NCBI GenBank assembly: GCA_045647065.1
Contig: JAZRLY010000029.1
Location: 2,548-66,547 of the forward strand
DNA: 64,000 nucleotides
Origin: Acutalibacteraceae bacterium
GTDB lineage: Bacteria > Bacillota > Clostridia > Oscillospirales > Acutalibacteraceae
Direction of reading: 5' to 3'
The notes below the pieces were generated by a model that did no database searches, was not told the origin of the DNA, and worked only from the letters and a program-made list of their open reading frames with translations. Shown here one piece after another: positions 9,163-18,126 of the stretch. The position numbers and the translations under genes were made by a program. The number at the start of each line of letters is the position of its first letter. Position 1 is the first letter of the stretch.

Positions 9163-9933
9163 TTGAAAAAAACAAAGAAACCAAAATTGCTTCTGCTTTT
9201 CGGCGGATTGATATTGATTTTGCTTTCCTTCGCTGTGTTTGTTTTGCTTCTCTCGCTCGAACACGAGGAATTATGGCGGTGGTACGCTCAGATAAAGCAA
9301 TCCCTTGCCGACCTTGAGGAGCTTATTCTTCACATAGATATTGCGTGGCTTTTCGCCCTTGCAATTCTGTTGCTTTTCGCCGTGAAAAGCGTTATCCCGA
9401 TTTATCCGACTTCGACCGTCTGTTTTCTGACGGGTGCGGTTCTGCCGATGTATTTTGCGATACCGGTCAATATTATCGGTTTTGCAATCTTGCTGACTGT
9501 GAGATATTTCTGGGGCAGACGCTTCGGTGCGGGCAATGCATGGAAGATTATTTCGAAAACAGACACATTGAGGAAGCTCATTCAGCAGGACGGGAAGGGT
9601 AATTCTGCTTTGCTTGTTGCCCTCAGACTTATTCCCGGCGTCCCCTTAAACAGCATTTCGGGCATTTACGGATCGTTTGATTTCGGTTATGTCAGATTTG
9701 TTTTGTTTTCCGTTATCGGATTTATGCCCAGACTGATTTCGTATACATTTGTCGGTCGCAATGTTTTCGACCCGCTTTCCGGTGGATTCCTTGTGCCGAT
9801 TATGATTATTCTGTTCTTTACAGGAATATCTCTTATCTGTGTCAACGGAGTATGGATAACTGTTGAAAAAACGGTTAAATTCATCAAAAATAGAAACGAA
9901 AACAAAAAGAAAGGAAATAAAAAAGATGATTAA
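9163..9933 (+). CDS. DedA/VTT (TVP38/TMEM64, SNARE-associated) membrane protein
   Basis: Multiple hydrophobic segments; YFWGRRFG and LRLIPGVP DedA-family motifs. Confidence 0.8.
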   Translation: MKKTKKPKLLLLFGGLILILLSFAVFVLLLSLEHEELWRWYAQIKQSLADLEELILHIDIAWLFALAILLLFAVKSVIPIYPTSTVCFLTGAVLPMYFAIPVNIIGFAILLTVRYFWGRRFGAGNAWKIISKTDTLRKLIQQDGKGNSALLVALRLIPGVPLNSISGIYGSFDFGYVRFVLFSVIGFMPRLISYTFVGRNVFDPLSGGFLVPIMIILFFTGISLICVNGVWITVEKTVKFIKNRNENKKKGNKKDD

Positions 9934-11206
9934 AACATCACTTCTCAAAGAAAAATTCGCAGGTTCGGAATATGACTCCGCCCTTGCAAGAATCTATAAA
10001 GCGGAAGATATCGCATTTCAGAAAGAGAGATATGCGGCTCTTGTTGTGAAATTCGAAGAACTCTTCGGCTCCGACAGAGAAACAGAAATCTATTCCGCAC
10101 CCGGCAGAACAGAAGTAGGCGGAAACCATACCGACCATAACCACGGCAAGGTTATTGCGGCGAGTGTTAACCTTGATGCTGTTGCTGTTGTTTCAAAGAA
10201 CGACGAAAATATCGTCAGAGTCAAGTCGGAAGGCTATAAAATTGATGCCGTTGATCTTGCAAATCTCGGCGTTATGCCTGCTGAAAGAGGTAAATCCGAA
10301 TCGCTCATCAGAGGCGTTTGCGCTGCTTTTAAGAACAGAGGCTATAACATTGGTGGCTTTGATGCAGCAACCGTTTCGGATGTTCTTTCCGGTTCGGGTC
10401 TTTCATCGTCCGCGGCATTTGAAGTGCTTATCGGAACTATCCTCAGCCATCTTTATAACGACGGCAAGGTAAGCGCTGTTGAAATTGCACAGATTGCTCA
10501 GTTTGCAGAGAATGAATATTTCGGCAAACCCTGCGGACTTATGGACCAGATGGCTTGTTCCGTCGGCGGATTTGTTCAGATTGATTTCAAAGATCCCTCC
10601 GTTCCCGTTATCAACAAGGTTGATTTTGATTTTGCATCCTGCAACCACGCTCTCTGCATCGTTGACACAGGCGGAAACCATGCCGACCTCACCGATGAAT
10701 ATGCGGCTGTAAGAGGCGAAATGGAAGCAGCTGCTGCACAGTTCGGCAAGGCTGTTCTCCGTGATGTTGATGTTGCAGATTTTGAGAATAAAATTGCTGT
10801 TATCCGTGATACAGTGGGTGACAGAGCTGTTCTTCGTGCAATGCATTTCTTCAATGAAAACAGAAGAGTTGACCTTCTTGGCAAAGCGCTCGAAAACGGC
10901 GATTTTGAAGCTTTCAAAGCTCTCGTTATCGAAAGCGGTTTCTCATCATATATGTATAACCAGAATGTTTACACCTGCAAAGCGCCTGCTGACCAACCCG
11001 TAAGCCTTGCTCTTGCAATGTGTCAGGAAATTCTTGCAGGCAAGGGCGCTTGGAGAGTTCATGGCGGCGGTTTTGCAGGCACAATTCAGGCTTTTGTTCC
11101 TATGGATTGTCTTGATGAATTCAAAACAAGGATTTGCGCTGTATTCGGCGAAAAATCCTGCTATGTTCTTAACATCCGTCCTGAAGGCGGCGTAAAAGTT
11201 ATCTGA
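9926..11206 (+). CDS. galK: Galactokinase (start revised to ATG 9926)
   Basis: APGRTEVGGNHTDH, GSGLSSSAAFE, KPCGLMDQ, RVHGGGFAG. Confidence 0.85.
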   Translation: MIKTSLLKEKFAGSEYDSALARIYKAEDIAFQKERYAALVVKFEELFGSDRETEIYSAPGRTEVGGNHTDHNHGKVIAASVNLDAVAVVSKNDENIVRVKSEGYKIDAVDLANLGVMPAERGKSESLIRGVCAAFKNRGYNIGGFDAATVSDVLSGSGLSSSAAFEVLIGTILSHLYNDGKVSAVEIAQIAQFAENEYFGKPCGLMDQMACSVGGFVQIDFKDPSVPVINKVDFDFASCNHALCIVDTGGNHADLTDEYAAVRGEMEAAAAQFGKAVLRDVDVADFENKIAVIRDTVGDRAVLRAMHFFNENRRVDLLGKALENGDFEAFKALVIESGFSSYMYNQNVYTCKAPADQPVSLALAMCQEILAGKGAWRVHGGGFAGTIQAFVPMDCLDEFKTRICAVFGEKSCYVLNIRPEGGVKVI

Positions 11207-11213
11207 GGAAGTA

Positions 11214-12254
11214 ATGCAAATGAATAACTATAATGAAGTTTCCGTATTGCTCGAAAAGCTTTGTGCGGCAAAAGGTGTTTCGGGCGCGGAAAATATGGCG
11301 GCACAGGTCGTTTCGGAACTTCTCGGAAAATATATGCCCGTAAAAACCGACCCTCTCGGAAACGTTACGGGAACAATGGGTGAGGGGGATGTTCATATCC
11401 TTCTCGATGCCCACCTTGACCAGATCGGTCTTGTTGTTACGGCTGTTGATGAAGACGGCTTTCTTAAGGTTGCCAAGTGCGGCGGTGCTGATATCCGCGT
11501 GCTTGCCGCGGCAGAAGTGACCGTTCACGGGAAAGAGGATATCTTCGGCATCATAACTTCAACTCCGCCACATCTTTCAAAACCCGAGGATTCCGATAAG
11601 GCAAAAGGTTTTGACGAAATTGCCGTTGACATCGGTATGAAGCGAGAGGATGCTCTTGAACTTGTTTCACCCGGCGACAGAATCACATTCAACGGAGGAT
11701 TCTTGAAACTGCTTGGAAACAGAGTCGCATCCCCTTCAATTGACGACAGAGCGGGCGTTGTGGCTATTCTCCGTTGCCTTGAAATGCTTGAAGGCAAAGA
11801 GCTTAACTGCAAAATAAGCGTGCTGTTTTCTGTTCAGGAAGAAACAGGCGGTAGCGGTGCGCAGACGGGTGCGTTTTCTGCCGATGCCGATGAAGCGATT
11901 GCGGTTGATGTAAGCTTTGCAACCGCACCCGGAATCAGCGGAGAAAAATATGCCTCGCTCGGTGCAGGAACAATGATAGGCTATGCTCCGTCGCTTGATT
12001 ATGAAATGAGCAGACGTCTTTCCGATATTGCCGAAAAGAGGAATATTCCCAATCAACCCGAGGTTATGGGTGGCAAAACGGGAACAAACTGCGATGAAAT
12101 CCAGATTTCGGGCAAGGGCGTAAAGACCGCGCTGCTTTCAGTCCCGCTTCGTAATATGCATACGGCGGTTGAGGTCTGCGATCTTGAGGATATTGAAAAC
12201 ACGGCAAAACTTATGGCTGAATATATCATCGAAAGGGGCGGTTCGGATGCTTGA
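11214..12254 (+). CDS. M42 family metallo-aminopeptidase
   Basis: DAHLDQIG, SIDDRAG, VQEETG, AVDV, RNMHT motifs. Confidence 0.85.
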   Translation: MQMNNYNEVSVLLEKLCAAKGVSGAENMAAQVVSELLGKYMPVKTDPLGNVTGTMGEGDVHILLDAHLDQIGLVVTAVDEDGFLKVAKCGGADIRVLAAAEVTVHGKEDIFGIITSTPPHLSKPEDSDKAKGFDEIAVDIGMKREDALELVSPGDRITFNGGFLKLLGNRVASPSIDDRAGVVAILRCLEMLEGKELNCKISVLFSVQEETGGSGAQTGAFSADADEAIAVDVSFATAPGISGEKYASLGAGTMIGYAPSLDYEMSRRLSDIAEKRNIPNQPEVMGGKTGTNCDEIQISGKGVKTALLSVPLRNMHTAVEVCDLEDIENTAKLMAEYIIERGGSDA

Positions 12255-13266
12255 AATGATTAAGGAACTCTGCGCTCTTTCGGGAATTTCGGGCAGAGAA
12301 AACGCCGTTCGTGACTATATAATCGAAAAAATCAAGGGTTACGCCGAGTACAGTATAGATCCTCTCGGCAACCTTATTGCGTTCAAAAAGGGTAAAAACT
12401 CCGCTAAAAACAAGGTTATGCTTGATGCTCATATGGACGAGGTAGGTATGATAATAACCGCAATCACCTCCGAAGGCTTCCTGCGATTTGCGAAAGTCGG
12501 AGGTATTGACAGTCGCGTTATGCTCGGAAGAGCGGTCAAGGTCGGCGATAAGGGTGTCAGCGGTGTTATCGGAATTAAACCCGTTCATCTTGTTGAAAAA
12601 GGTCACGATGCGGACATCCCCAAAGTTGACGATCTTTATATCGACATCGGTGCAAAAGACAAAGAAGAGGCGGCGGAATTTGTGCGTCTCGGTGATGCTG
12701 CTTGGTTCGATAGTGATTTTGTTGAATTCGGCGACGGATTTGTGAAAGCAAAGGCACTTGATGACCGTGCGGGATGTGCCATTCTTATTGAGCTTATCAG
12801 AAGCGAGCTTGAATATGACACCTGGTTTTCGTTCAGCGTTCAGGAGGAAATCGGCACAAGAGGTGCTCAGACATCGGCATTTACAATTGCACCCGATTAC
12901 GCGATAGCTGTTGAAACAACAACAGCGGCGGACATTTCGGGTGTCAAGGATGACAAAAGAGTTTGTGTTTGCGGTGAAGGCGGCGCTGTTTCGTTTATGG
13001 ACAGAAGAACCATTTACAGCAAGGAACTTTTTGATAAAGCTTTTGAAGTGGCAAAAGAAAAAAATATACTCTGTCAGCCCAAAACTGTTGTTGCGGGTGG
13101 CAATAATGCAGGTGCAATCCATAAAAGCAGAGGCGGAGTGAAGACTCTGACCGTTTCTGTGCCTTGCAGATACCTTCATTCTCCCGGTTGTGTGATAAAA
13201 TACAGCGATGTTGCTGAAAGCCTGAAGCTTATCGGCGCAATGGCAGAGGAATTTGCAAAATGGTAA
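12247..13266 (+). CDS. M42 family metallo-aminopeptidase (start revised to ATG 12247)
   Basis: DAHMDEVG, ALDDRAG, VQEEIG, RYLHSP motifs. Confidence 0.85.
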   Translation: MLEMIKELCALSGISGRENAVRDYIIEKIKGYAEYSIDPLGNLIAFKKGKNSAKNKVMLDAHMDEVGMIITAITSEGFLRFAKVGGIDSRVMLGRAVKVGDKGVSGVIGIKPVHLVEKGHDADIPKVDDLYIDIGAKDKEEAAEFVRLGDAAWFDSDFVEFGDGFVKAKALDDRAGCAILIELIRSELEYDTWFSFSVQEEIGTRGAQTSAFTIAPDYAIAVETTTAADISGVKDDKRVCVCGEGGAVSFMDRRTIYSKELFDKAFEVAKEKNILCQPKTVVAGGNNAGAIHKSRGGVKTLTVSVPCRYLHSPGCVIKYSDVAESLKLIGAMAEEFAKW

Positions 13267-13997
13267 GACTTGTTGAAAATGAAAAATCCTTTGATTTTCT
13301 GCCTGCAGACCCTTATGCCGCAAGGATAACCGCTCTTGCGAAAACCTACGGCACGGAGCATTCTTTTGCAATGTTCTGGGTGCAGGAAATCGACGATAAA
13401 GCAGTTGCAGCGGTCAGCAAGGTTGACGGAAATATGACCGCTTGCTGCCTTGACGGTGCTGATTTCGAAGAGCTTTCGGCGTTCATAAACGCCGTCGGAT
13501 TTTCGAGCTTGACGTGTGATACGGAAGTGATGAAAAAGCTTGGCTTTGAAGCGTCAAAAACCTCGTTTACCGTTGAGTATAAAGGTGGTCCGGTGTCTGC
13601 AATTGAGGAGATATCCTGTGACTGCGACAAAAAGAAAATCTATGATCTGCTCTGCTTGTGCGGTTTTGAACTCGGTAATTACGGCGCTTTTCTTGCTGAT
13701 GTGTGTGCAAGGCTCAATAAAGGCACTGCATCCCTTGCGGCGGTTATGAACGCAGATGAGCCGTGTGCTTGTGCGTTTGCGCTTTTTGAGGGAGCGAAAA
13801 GTGTACTTCTCGGCGCGGTTGCGACAAATCCTTCCGCAAGGGGCAAGGGTTATGCATCGAAGCTTGTCGGTACTCTCGCGGCAGAGAAGTCGGACAAAAA
13901 AGTTTTTCTTTTCTGCAGGAACGATTCGCTTGCAGATTTTTATGCAAAAGTCGGATTTGAAAAAGTCGGTTGCTGGGCAATAGCTGAAAAATATTGA
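13260..13997 (+). CDS. GNAT family N-acetyltransferase
   Basis: VATNPSARGKGYAS acetyl-CoA motif A; FYAKVGF. Confidence 0.8.
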   Translation: MVRLVENEKSFDFLPADPYAARITALAKTYGTEHSFAMFWVQEIDDKAVAAVSKVDGNMTACCLDGADFEELSAFINAVGFSSLTCDTEVMKKLGFEASKTSFTVEYKGGPVSAIEEISCDCDKKKIYDLLCLCGFELGNYGAFLADVCARLNKGTASLAAVMNADEPCACAFALFEGAKSVLLGAVATNPSARGKGYASKLVGTLAAEKSDKKVFLFCRNDSLADFYAKVGFEKVGCWAIAEKY

Positions 13998-14009
13998 GGA
14001 GGTGTCTGA

Positions 14010-14696
14010 ATGTCCCCGATTTGTTATGTTCTGGCGGCGGTAACGATTGTTTTTGCCTTCGGATGCGTCGGATTCCGCAGAAAAGGCAAAGCATTCGAAG
14101 GAATGATGTGCAAGTTTATGGCAAGCTTCGGATTCATTTCGATTGCGGTTGTCGGATACTGTCTTAATCCTGTTGATACATATTATTTCTGTATGATGTG
14201 TTTTTCGGTGCTTTTCGGATTTTTCGGAGATGTTCTGCTGGGTATCAAAGAAGTTGCACCGACTTTTAAGAGTAAACTTGTTGCGCTCGGTACACTCTAT
14301 TTTCTTGTGGGTCATATTTTCGCGCTTTGCGCATTTATTTCATCGGGCGGATTCAGCCTTCCTGCGCTTCTCATCGGTATAGCAGGCGCAGTGATTGCGC
14401 TGGTTATGATGAGAGTGCTCAAGATGAAGATAGACAAGAAGCTCAGACCCGTTATGGCGGTTTATTATGGTGCCTTGTTCTATAAAGCCGCATCGGCGGC
14501 GGTGCTTGCATTCGGAACGGGCAAAGTACCTTTTATCGTTGCTTTCATCGGAACGGTGCTGTTTATCATCAGCGACACCTGCCTCGGAATTCTTTATTTC
14601 ACACCCGTAAAGAAAAAGAATGTGTGGGTGACAATCGAGCTTTCAAGCTATTATCCTGCGCAGATATTGCTTGCGATGTCCGTTGCGCTTATGTAA
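14010..14696 (+). CDS. YhhN/TMEM86 family membrane protein (putative lysoplasmalogenase)
   Basis: Conserved K in TM2, GDVLL, FLVGHIF, LFIISD, YYPAQ motifs of the YhhN family. Confidence 0.75.
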   Translation: MSPICYVLAAVTIVFAFGCVGFRRKGKAFEGMMCKFMASFGFISIAVVGYCLNPVDTYYFCMMCFSVLFGFFGDVLLGIKEVAPTFKSKLVALGTLYFLVGHIFALCAFISSGGFSLPALLIGIAGAVIALVMMRVLKMKIDKKLRPVMAVYYGALFYKAASAAVLAFGTGKVPFIVAFIGTVLFIISDTCLGILYFTPVKKKNVWVTIELSSYYPAQILLAMSVALM

Positions 14697-14703
14697 AAAT
14701 ATC

Positions 14704-14729
14704 AGGCTGCTGTAAAGCAGCCTTTTTTT
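14704..14729 (+). terminator. Rho-independent terminator between convergent yhhN and sigG
   Basis: AGGCTGCT-GTAA-AGCAGCCT followed by a T-run. Confidence 0.75.
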
Positions 14730-15504
14730 ATGCCCTGTTGTTATCTTTTATCTTTTTGATTGCGCCTTTTTCAAGTCTTGAAACCTGCGCCTGCGAAATG
14801 CCGATTTCGTCAGCAACCTCCATCTGTGTTTTTCCCCGCATAAAACGCAGGTGGAGAATTCTTTTTTCGCGCTCGTTCAATTCTTTTATTGCTTGCTTAA
14901 GAAGAATTTCATCGAGCCAGCTTTCGTCATTTTCGTTATCGCCTATCTGGTCCATAACGTAAATTGTGTCACCACCGTCCGAATATACGGGTTCGTTCAG
15001 CGAAACAGGTTCAACTATCGCATCAAGAGCGATTACGACACTTTCTTTTGAAATGCCCAGTTCTTTTGCGATTTCCTCGGGAGTCGGGTCGCGTTCAAGC
15101 TCGTTTATCAATCTTTCGCGTACCTGCATTGCGTGATATGCAGTATCCCTGACAGAACGGCTGACCCTTACGGGATTGTTATCCCTCAGATGTCTGCGCA
15201 CTTCGCCGATTATCATAGGGCAGGCATAAGTGCTGAATCTTACATCGAGCGACAAATCAAAATTATCAATCGCCTTTATAAGGCCTATGCAGCCGACCTG
15301 AAAAAGATCGTCCGGATTTTCACCTCTGTTTGCAAACCTCTGAATAACGCTCAGAACAAGGCGGAGATTCCCCGTCACCAGATCTTCTCTAGCTTTTTTA
15401 TCGCCCGAGCGGGCTTTTCTGAGCAGCTCCATTTTTTCACTTTCCTTTAAAACTTTCAACTTCGCGGTGTTAACTCCGCAGATTTCAACCTTGTTGAATT
15501 GCAA
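14728..15504 (-). CDS. sigG: Sporulation sigma factor SigG (likely TTG start at 15504)
   Basis: NKVEICGVNTAKL N-terminus, NLRLVLSVIQRF, DDLFQVGCIGL, GKTQMEVADEIGISQAQVSRLEK; GGGGTG RBS upstream of TTG. Confidence 0.93.
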   Translation of the reverse strand: MQFNKVEICGVNTAKLKVLKESEKMELLRKARSGDKKAREDLVTGNLRLVLSVIQRFANRGENPDDLFQVGCIGLIKAIDNFDLSLDVRFSTYACPMIIGEVRRHLRDNNPVRVSRSVRDTAYHAMQVRERLINELERDPTPEEIAKELGISKESVVIALDAIVEPVSLNEPVYSDGGDTIYVMDQIGDNENDESWLDEILLKQAIKELNEREKRILHLRFMRGKTQMEVADEIGISQAQVSRLEKGAIKKIKDNNRA

Positions 15505-15510
15505 AAAATC

Positions 15511-15565
15511 ACCCCGATACATTTAATGGCATTTAAAGTATTGCCACTTTGTATCGGGGTTATAA
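15511..15565 (-). promoter_or_regulatory. SigF/SigG-type promoter overlapping an RBS-sequestering hairpin
   Basis: Minus strand TTATA-15 nt-GGCAATACT; 11-bp inverted repeat ACCCCGATACA/TGTATCGGGGT whose 3' arm contains the sigG RBS. Confidence 0.6.
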
Positions 15566-15569
15566 TTTT

Positions 15570-16601
15570 TTATTTAATTTCGTAGCTGATATTCAGATCT
15601 GCATCAACCGTAACTTCAACCGTTACCGTTTCAAGAATTTTACATTTTTCAGTGTTGATTTCATAGCCGTCTTCGGTTTCAACTATCGGATATCTGTCAA
15701 CCTTTTCAAGAGTAAATCTGGCTGTTCCTTCTTTAAGCGCTTCAATAACAACAACATCGTTACCGCCTTCGGGAATCTTACCGACAAGCATATCAACAAG
15801 CTCTTTAAGAACTTCAGCTGACGGGTAATCTTCGGGAATATAAAGGCTTCCGTAAGAATCCGACGCAGGATAAATACTTATGATTTCTGCAGTTTCGCTG
15901 TCAATCGAAGCGGGTGACAGCTCCCAGGCGATAAGTTTTGACCAATCTGAAGGAAGTTCGATTTTTGCAAGCCTGTTTTCGGGAGTGTAAACAATTTCTC
16001 CGTCTGCTGTGAGGGTGAATGCCTTGAACTGATTTTCGAGAGGGGTACCGTCTGCCGAATAATATGTAAACAGAATTCCGTATTTTTCATCCTCGAGAGT
16101 TGTGTTGATAACATCAAAGGTACAAACACCGTTGACAGTTTCGGGTTCCGATTTGAGTTCAACATAGCCTGCGTATCCGAAATCCCAGTAACCGCCATCA
16201 ACAGGAGTTTCTGCTGTGAGAGTTATACCCTCGTCGTAAGAAATAAATTCTCCGAAGTCATAGAGAACATACATCTGATAATATTCGGTTTTACCGTTGT
16301 AGGGATTGACTTCCGGATATGATCCCATAATGCATTCGAGAACATCACCGTTTTTGTTTGTTGCGGTAACTGTGGTTGTGCCTTCGCCGACCCCTTCAAT
16401 TGTGAATGTTTGCAGCGAACCGAAAGTTTTTTCGTCTTTGAGGACTGCAACGCTTTCGTCTGCGATTTCGCATTCCCACACGTTGCCGTTTGCGGCATCA
16501 TAATCAAGAATGATTGAACCGAGGTTTCCGCCCGACATAACGGTGAAAAACGATGTGATTGAGAAAAAGAATGCCAAAATCATTGAAAAGATACTAAACA
16601 T
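15570..16601 (-). CDS. Secreted or membrane-anchored acidic beta-rich protein with possible chagasin/I42-like Ig domains
   Basis: N-terminal hydrophobic segment; two beta-sandwich-like units (NGNVW...FTIEGVGEGTTTVT; LIAW...VVVIEALKEGTARFT); AAAGGAGG RBS. Confidence 0.5.
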   Translation of the reverse strand: MFSIFSMILAFFFSITSFFTVMSGGNLGSIILDYDAANGNVWECEIADESVAVLKDEKTFGSLQTFTIEGVGEGTTTVTATNKNGDVLECIMGSYPEVNPYNGKTEYYQMYVLYDFGEFISYDEGITLTAETPVDGGYWDFGYAGYVELKSEPETVNGVCTFDVINTTLEDEKYGILFTYYSADGTPLENQFKAFTLTADGEIVYTPENRLAKIELPSDWSKLIAWELSPASIDSETAEIISIYPASDSYGSLYIPEDYPSAEVLKELVDMLVGKIPEGGNDVVVIEALKEGTARFTLEKVDRYPIVETEDGYEINTEKCKILETVTVEVTVDADLNISYEIK

Positions 16602-16647
16602 TGTTTATTCCTCCTTTTAAATAGCAGAGATACATCTCTGCAAAAAA

Positions 16648-16676
16648 ATTATACCAGTACCTAATTGTGTTGTCAA
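16648..16676 (-). promoter_or_regulatory. Consensus SigA promoter for 15570..16601
   Basis: TTGACA-17 nt-TATAAT with extended -10 TG. Confidence 0.75.
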
Positions 16677-16921
16677 TAATTAACAGGTCAGGCAGAATAC
16701 CATGTTCATCACAGTATTCTTCGGTTCTATAATATTTCGTTTGATTATATTACGGGAATTGTTGCCAAACCTCAAAAAATCAAGTAGATTTTTTGAAAAA
16801 AATTAAAACAGTAAAAAGTGAGAAAAACAGAGTAAAAAAGAGCATTCGAGAGTAATTCAAAGTAAATTATTTAAAGAATTTAAACCCTAACGGAATTTTC
16901 ACGGATTTATTAAAAAAATTG

Positions 16922-16950
16922 TTGACATTTGCAAGATTTTGCTCTATATT
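16922..16950 (+). promoter_or_regulatory. SigA promoter for potABCD
   Basis: TTGACA-17 nt-TATATT preceded by an AT-rich UP-like tract. Confidence 0.65.
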
Positions 16951-17001
16951 TTATTATATTATTATAAGCCATCACAGCAAAGGCAGAGAGGGGCTGCATA
17001 A

Positions 17002-18126
17002 TTGAAAAAAAATGCGATCATTGATTTGAAAAACATTTCCGTGACTTTCGGAAATAATCAGGTGCTCAAAGACCTCAATTTATATATCCGCGATAAGGAG
17101 TTCATAACTTTCCTCGGTCCTTCGGGATGCGGAAAAACAACGACTCTCAGAATTATTGCAGGCTTTATCGAACCCGATGAAGGCGAGGTTATTTTTGAAG
17201 ATAAAAAGATGAATGGTGTTCCTCCTCACAAAAGGCAGGTTAACACTGTTTTTCAGCGTTATGCGCTTTTTCCCCACCTGAATGTTTATGAAAATGTTGC
17301 TTTCGGTCTGAGAATCAAAAAGGTCCCCGAAAAGCAGATTAAAGAAACGGTCGAAGAGATGCTCGCACTTGTCAATCTCACAGGCTTTAATAAAAGAAAC
17401 ATAAATTCGCTTTCGGGCGGTCAGCAGCAGAGAGTTGCAATTGCCCGTGCACTTGCGGTTAAACCCAGAGTTCTTCTTCTTGACGAACCTCTCGGTGCAC
17501 TTGACCTCAAGCTTCGCAAGGATATGCAGGTTGAGCTTAAGAAGATTCAGCAGAGACTTGGCATTACCTTTATTTATGTTACCCACGATCAGGAAGAGGC
17601 GCTTTCAATGTCGGATACCGTTGTTGTTATGGACGGCGGCGTTATCCAGCAGATAGGCACACCTCTTGATATATATAACGAACCCAAGAATGCATTTGTT
17701 GCGGATTTCATCGGCGAAAGTAACATTCTCGACGGAATTATGATCGACGATGGTCTTGTTGATTTTTCGGGACACAGATTCGAGTGTCTTGACAAGGGTT
17801 TTGGCAAGAATGAAGCGGTTGACGTTGTTGTCCGTCCCGAGGATGTTGATGTTGTTGAGCCCGAAAAGGGTATGCTCCGAGGCACGGTTACATCCGTAAC
17901 ATTCAAGGGCGTTCATTTTGAAATTATCGTTGACATCGGCGGCTTCAAATGGATGATTCAGACAACCGATTATCAGCCCGAGGGCGCAAAAATCGGTCTT
18001 TTCATCGAACCCGATGCAATTCATATTATGAAGAAATCCGAATATTCGGGTATCTACGGCGACTACAGCTCATTCAGCGAAGAGTTTGATGAGCTTTCAA
18101 ATGCAGAGGAGGAGGTGGAGGGATGA
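17002..18126 (+). CDS. potA: Spermidine/putrescine ABC transporter ATP-binding protein
   Basis: [48 protein letters not shown]; TOBE tail. Confidence 0.92.
   Translation: MKKNAIIDLKNISVTFGNNQVLKDLNLYIRDKEFITFLGPSGCGKTTTLRIIAGFIEPDEGEVIFEDKKMNGVPPHKRQVNTVFQRYALFPHLNVYENVAFGLRIKKVPEKQIKETVEEMLALVNLTGFNKRNINSLSGGQQQRVAIARALAVKPRVLLLDEPLGALDLKLRKDMQVELKKIQQRLGITFIYVTHDQEEALSMSDTVVVMDGGVIQQIGTPLDIYNEPKNAFVADFIGESNILDGIMIDDGLVDFSGHRFECLDKGFGKNEAVDVVVRPEDVDVVEPEKGMLRGTVTSVTFKGVHFEIIVDIGGFKWMIQTTDYQPEGAKIGLFIEPDAIHIMKKSEYSGIYGDYSSFSEEFDELSNAEEEVEG

Noticed and set aside
12226-13371. 381-aa minus-strand ORF and other long antisense ORFs (e.g. 13554..14315, 18303..19025, 20014..20700)
   Set aside because: They lie fully antisense to well-supported genes, lack RBS and motifs, and fit the shadow ORFs expected from codon bias.
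16680-16920. Possible sRNA or riboswitch in the long intergenic region before potA
   Set aside because: AT-rich with only a weak AGAATAC/GTATTCT stem; it lies upstream of both divergent promoters and shows no recognisable riboswitch motif.
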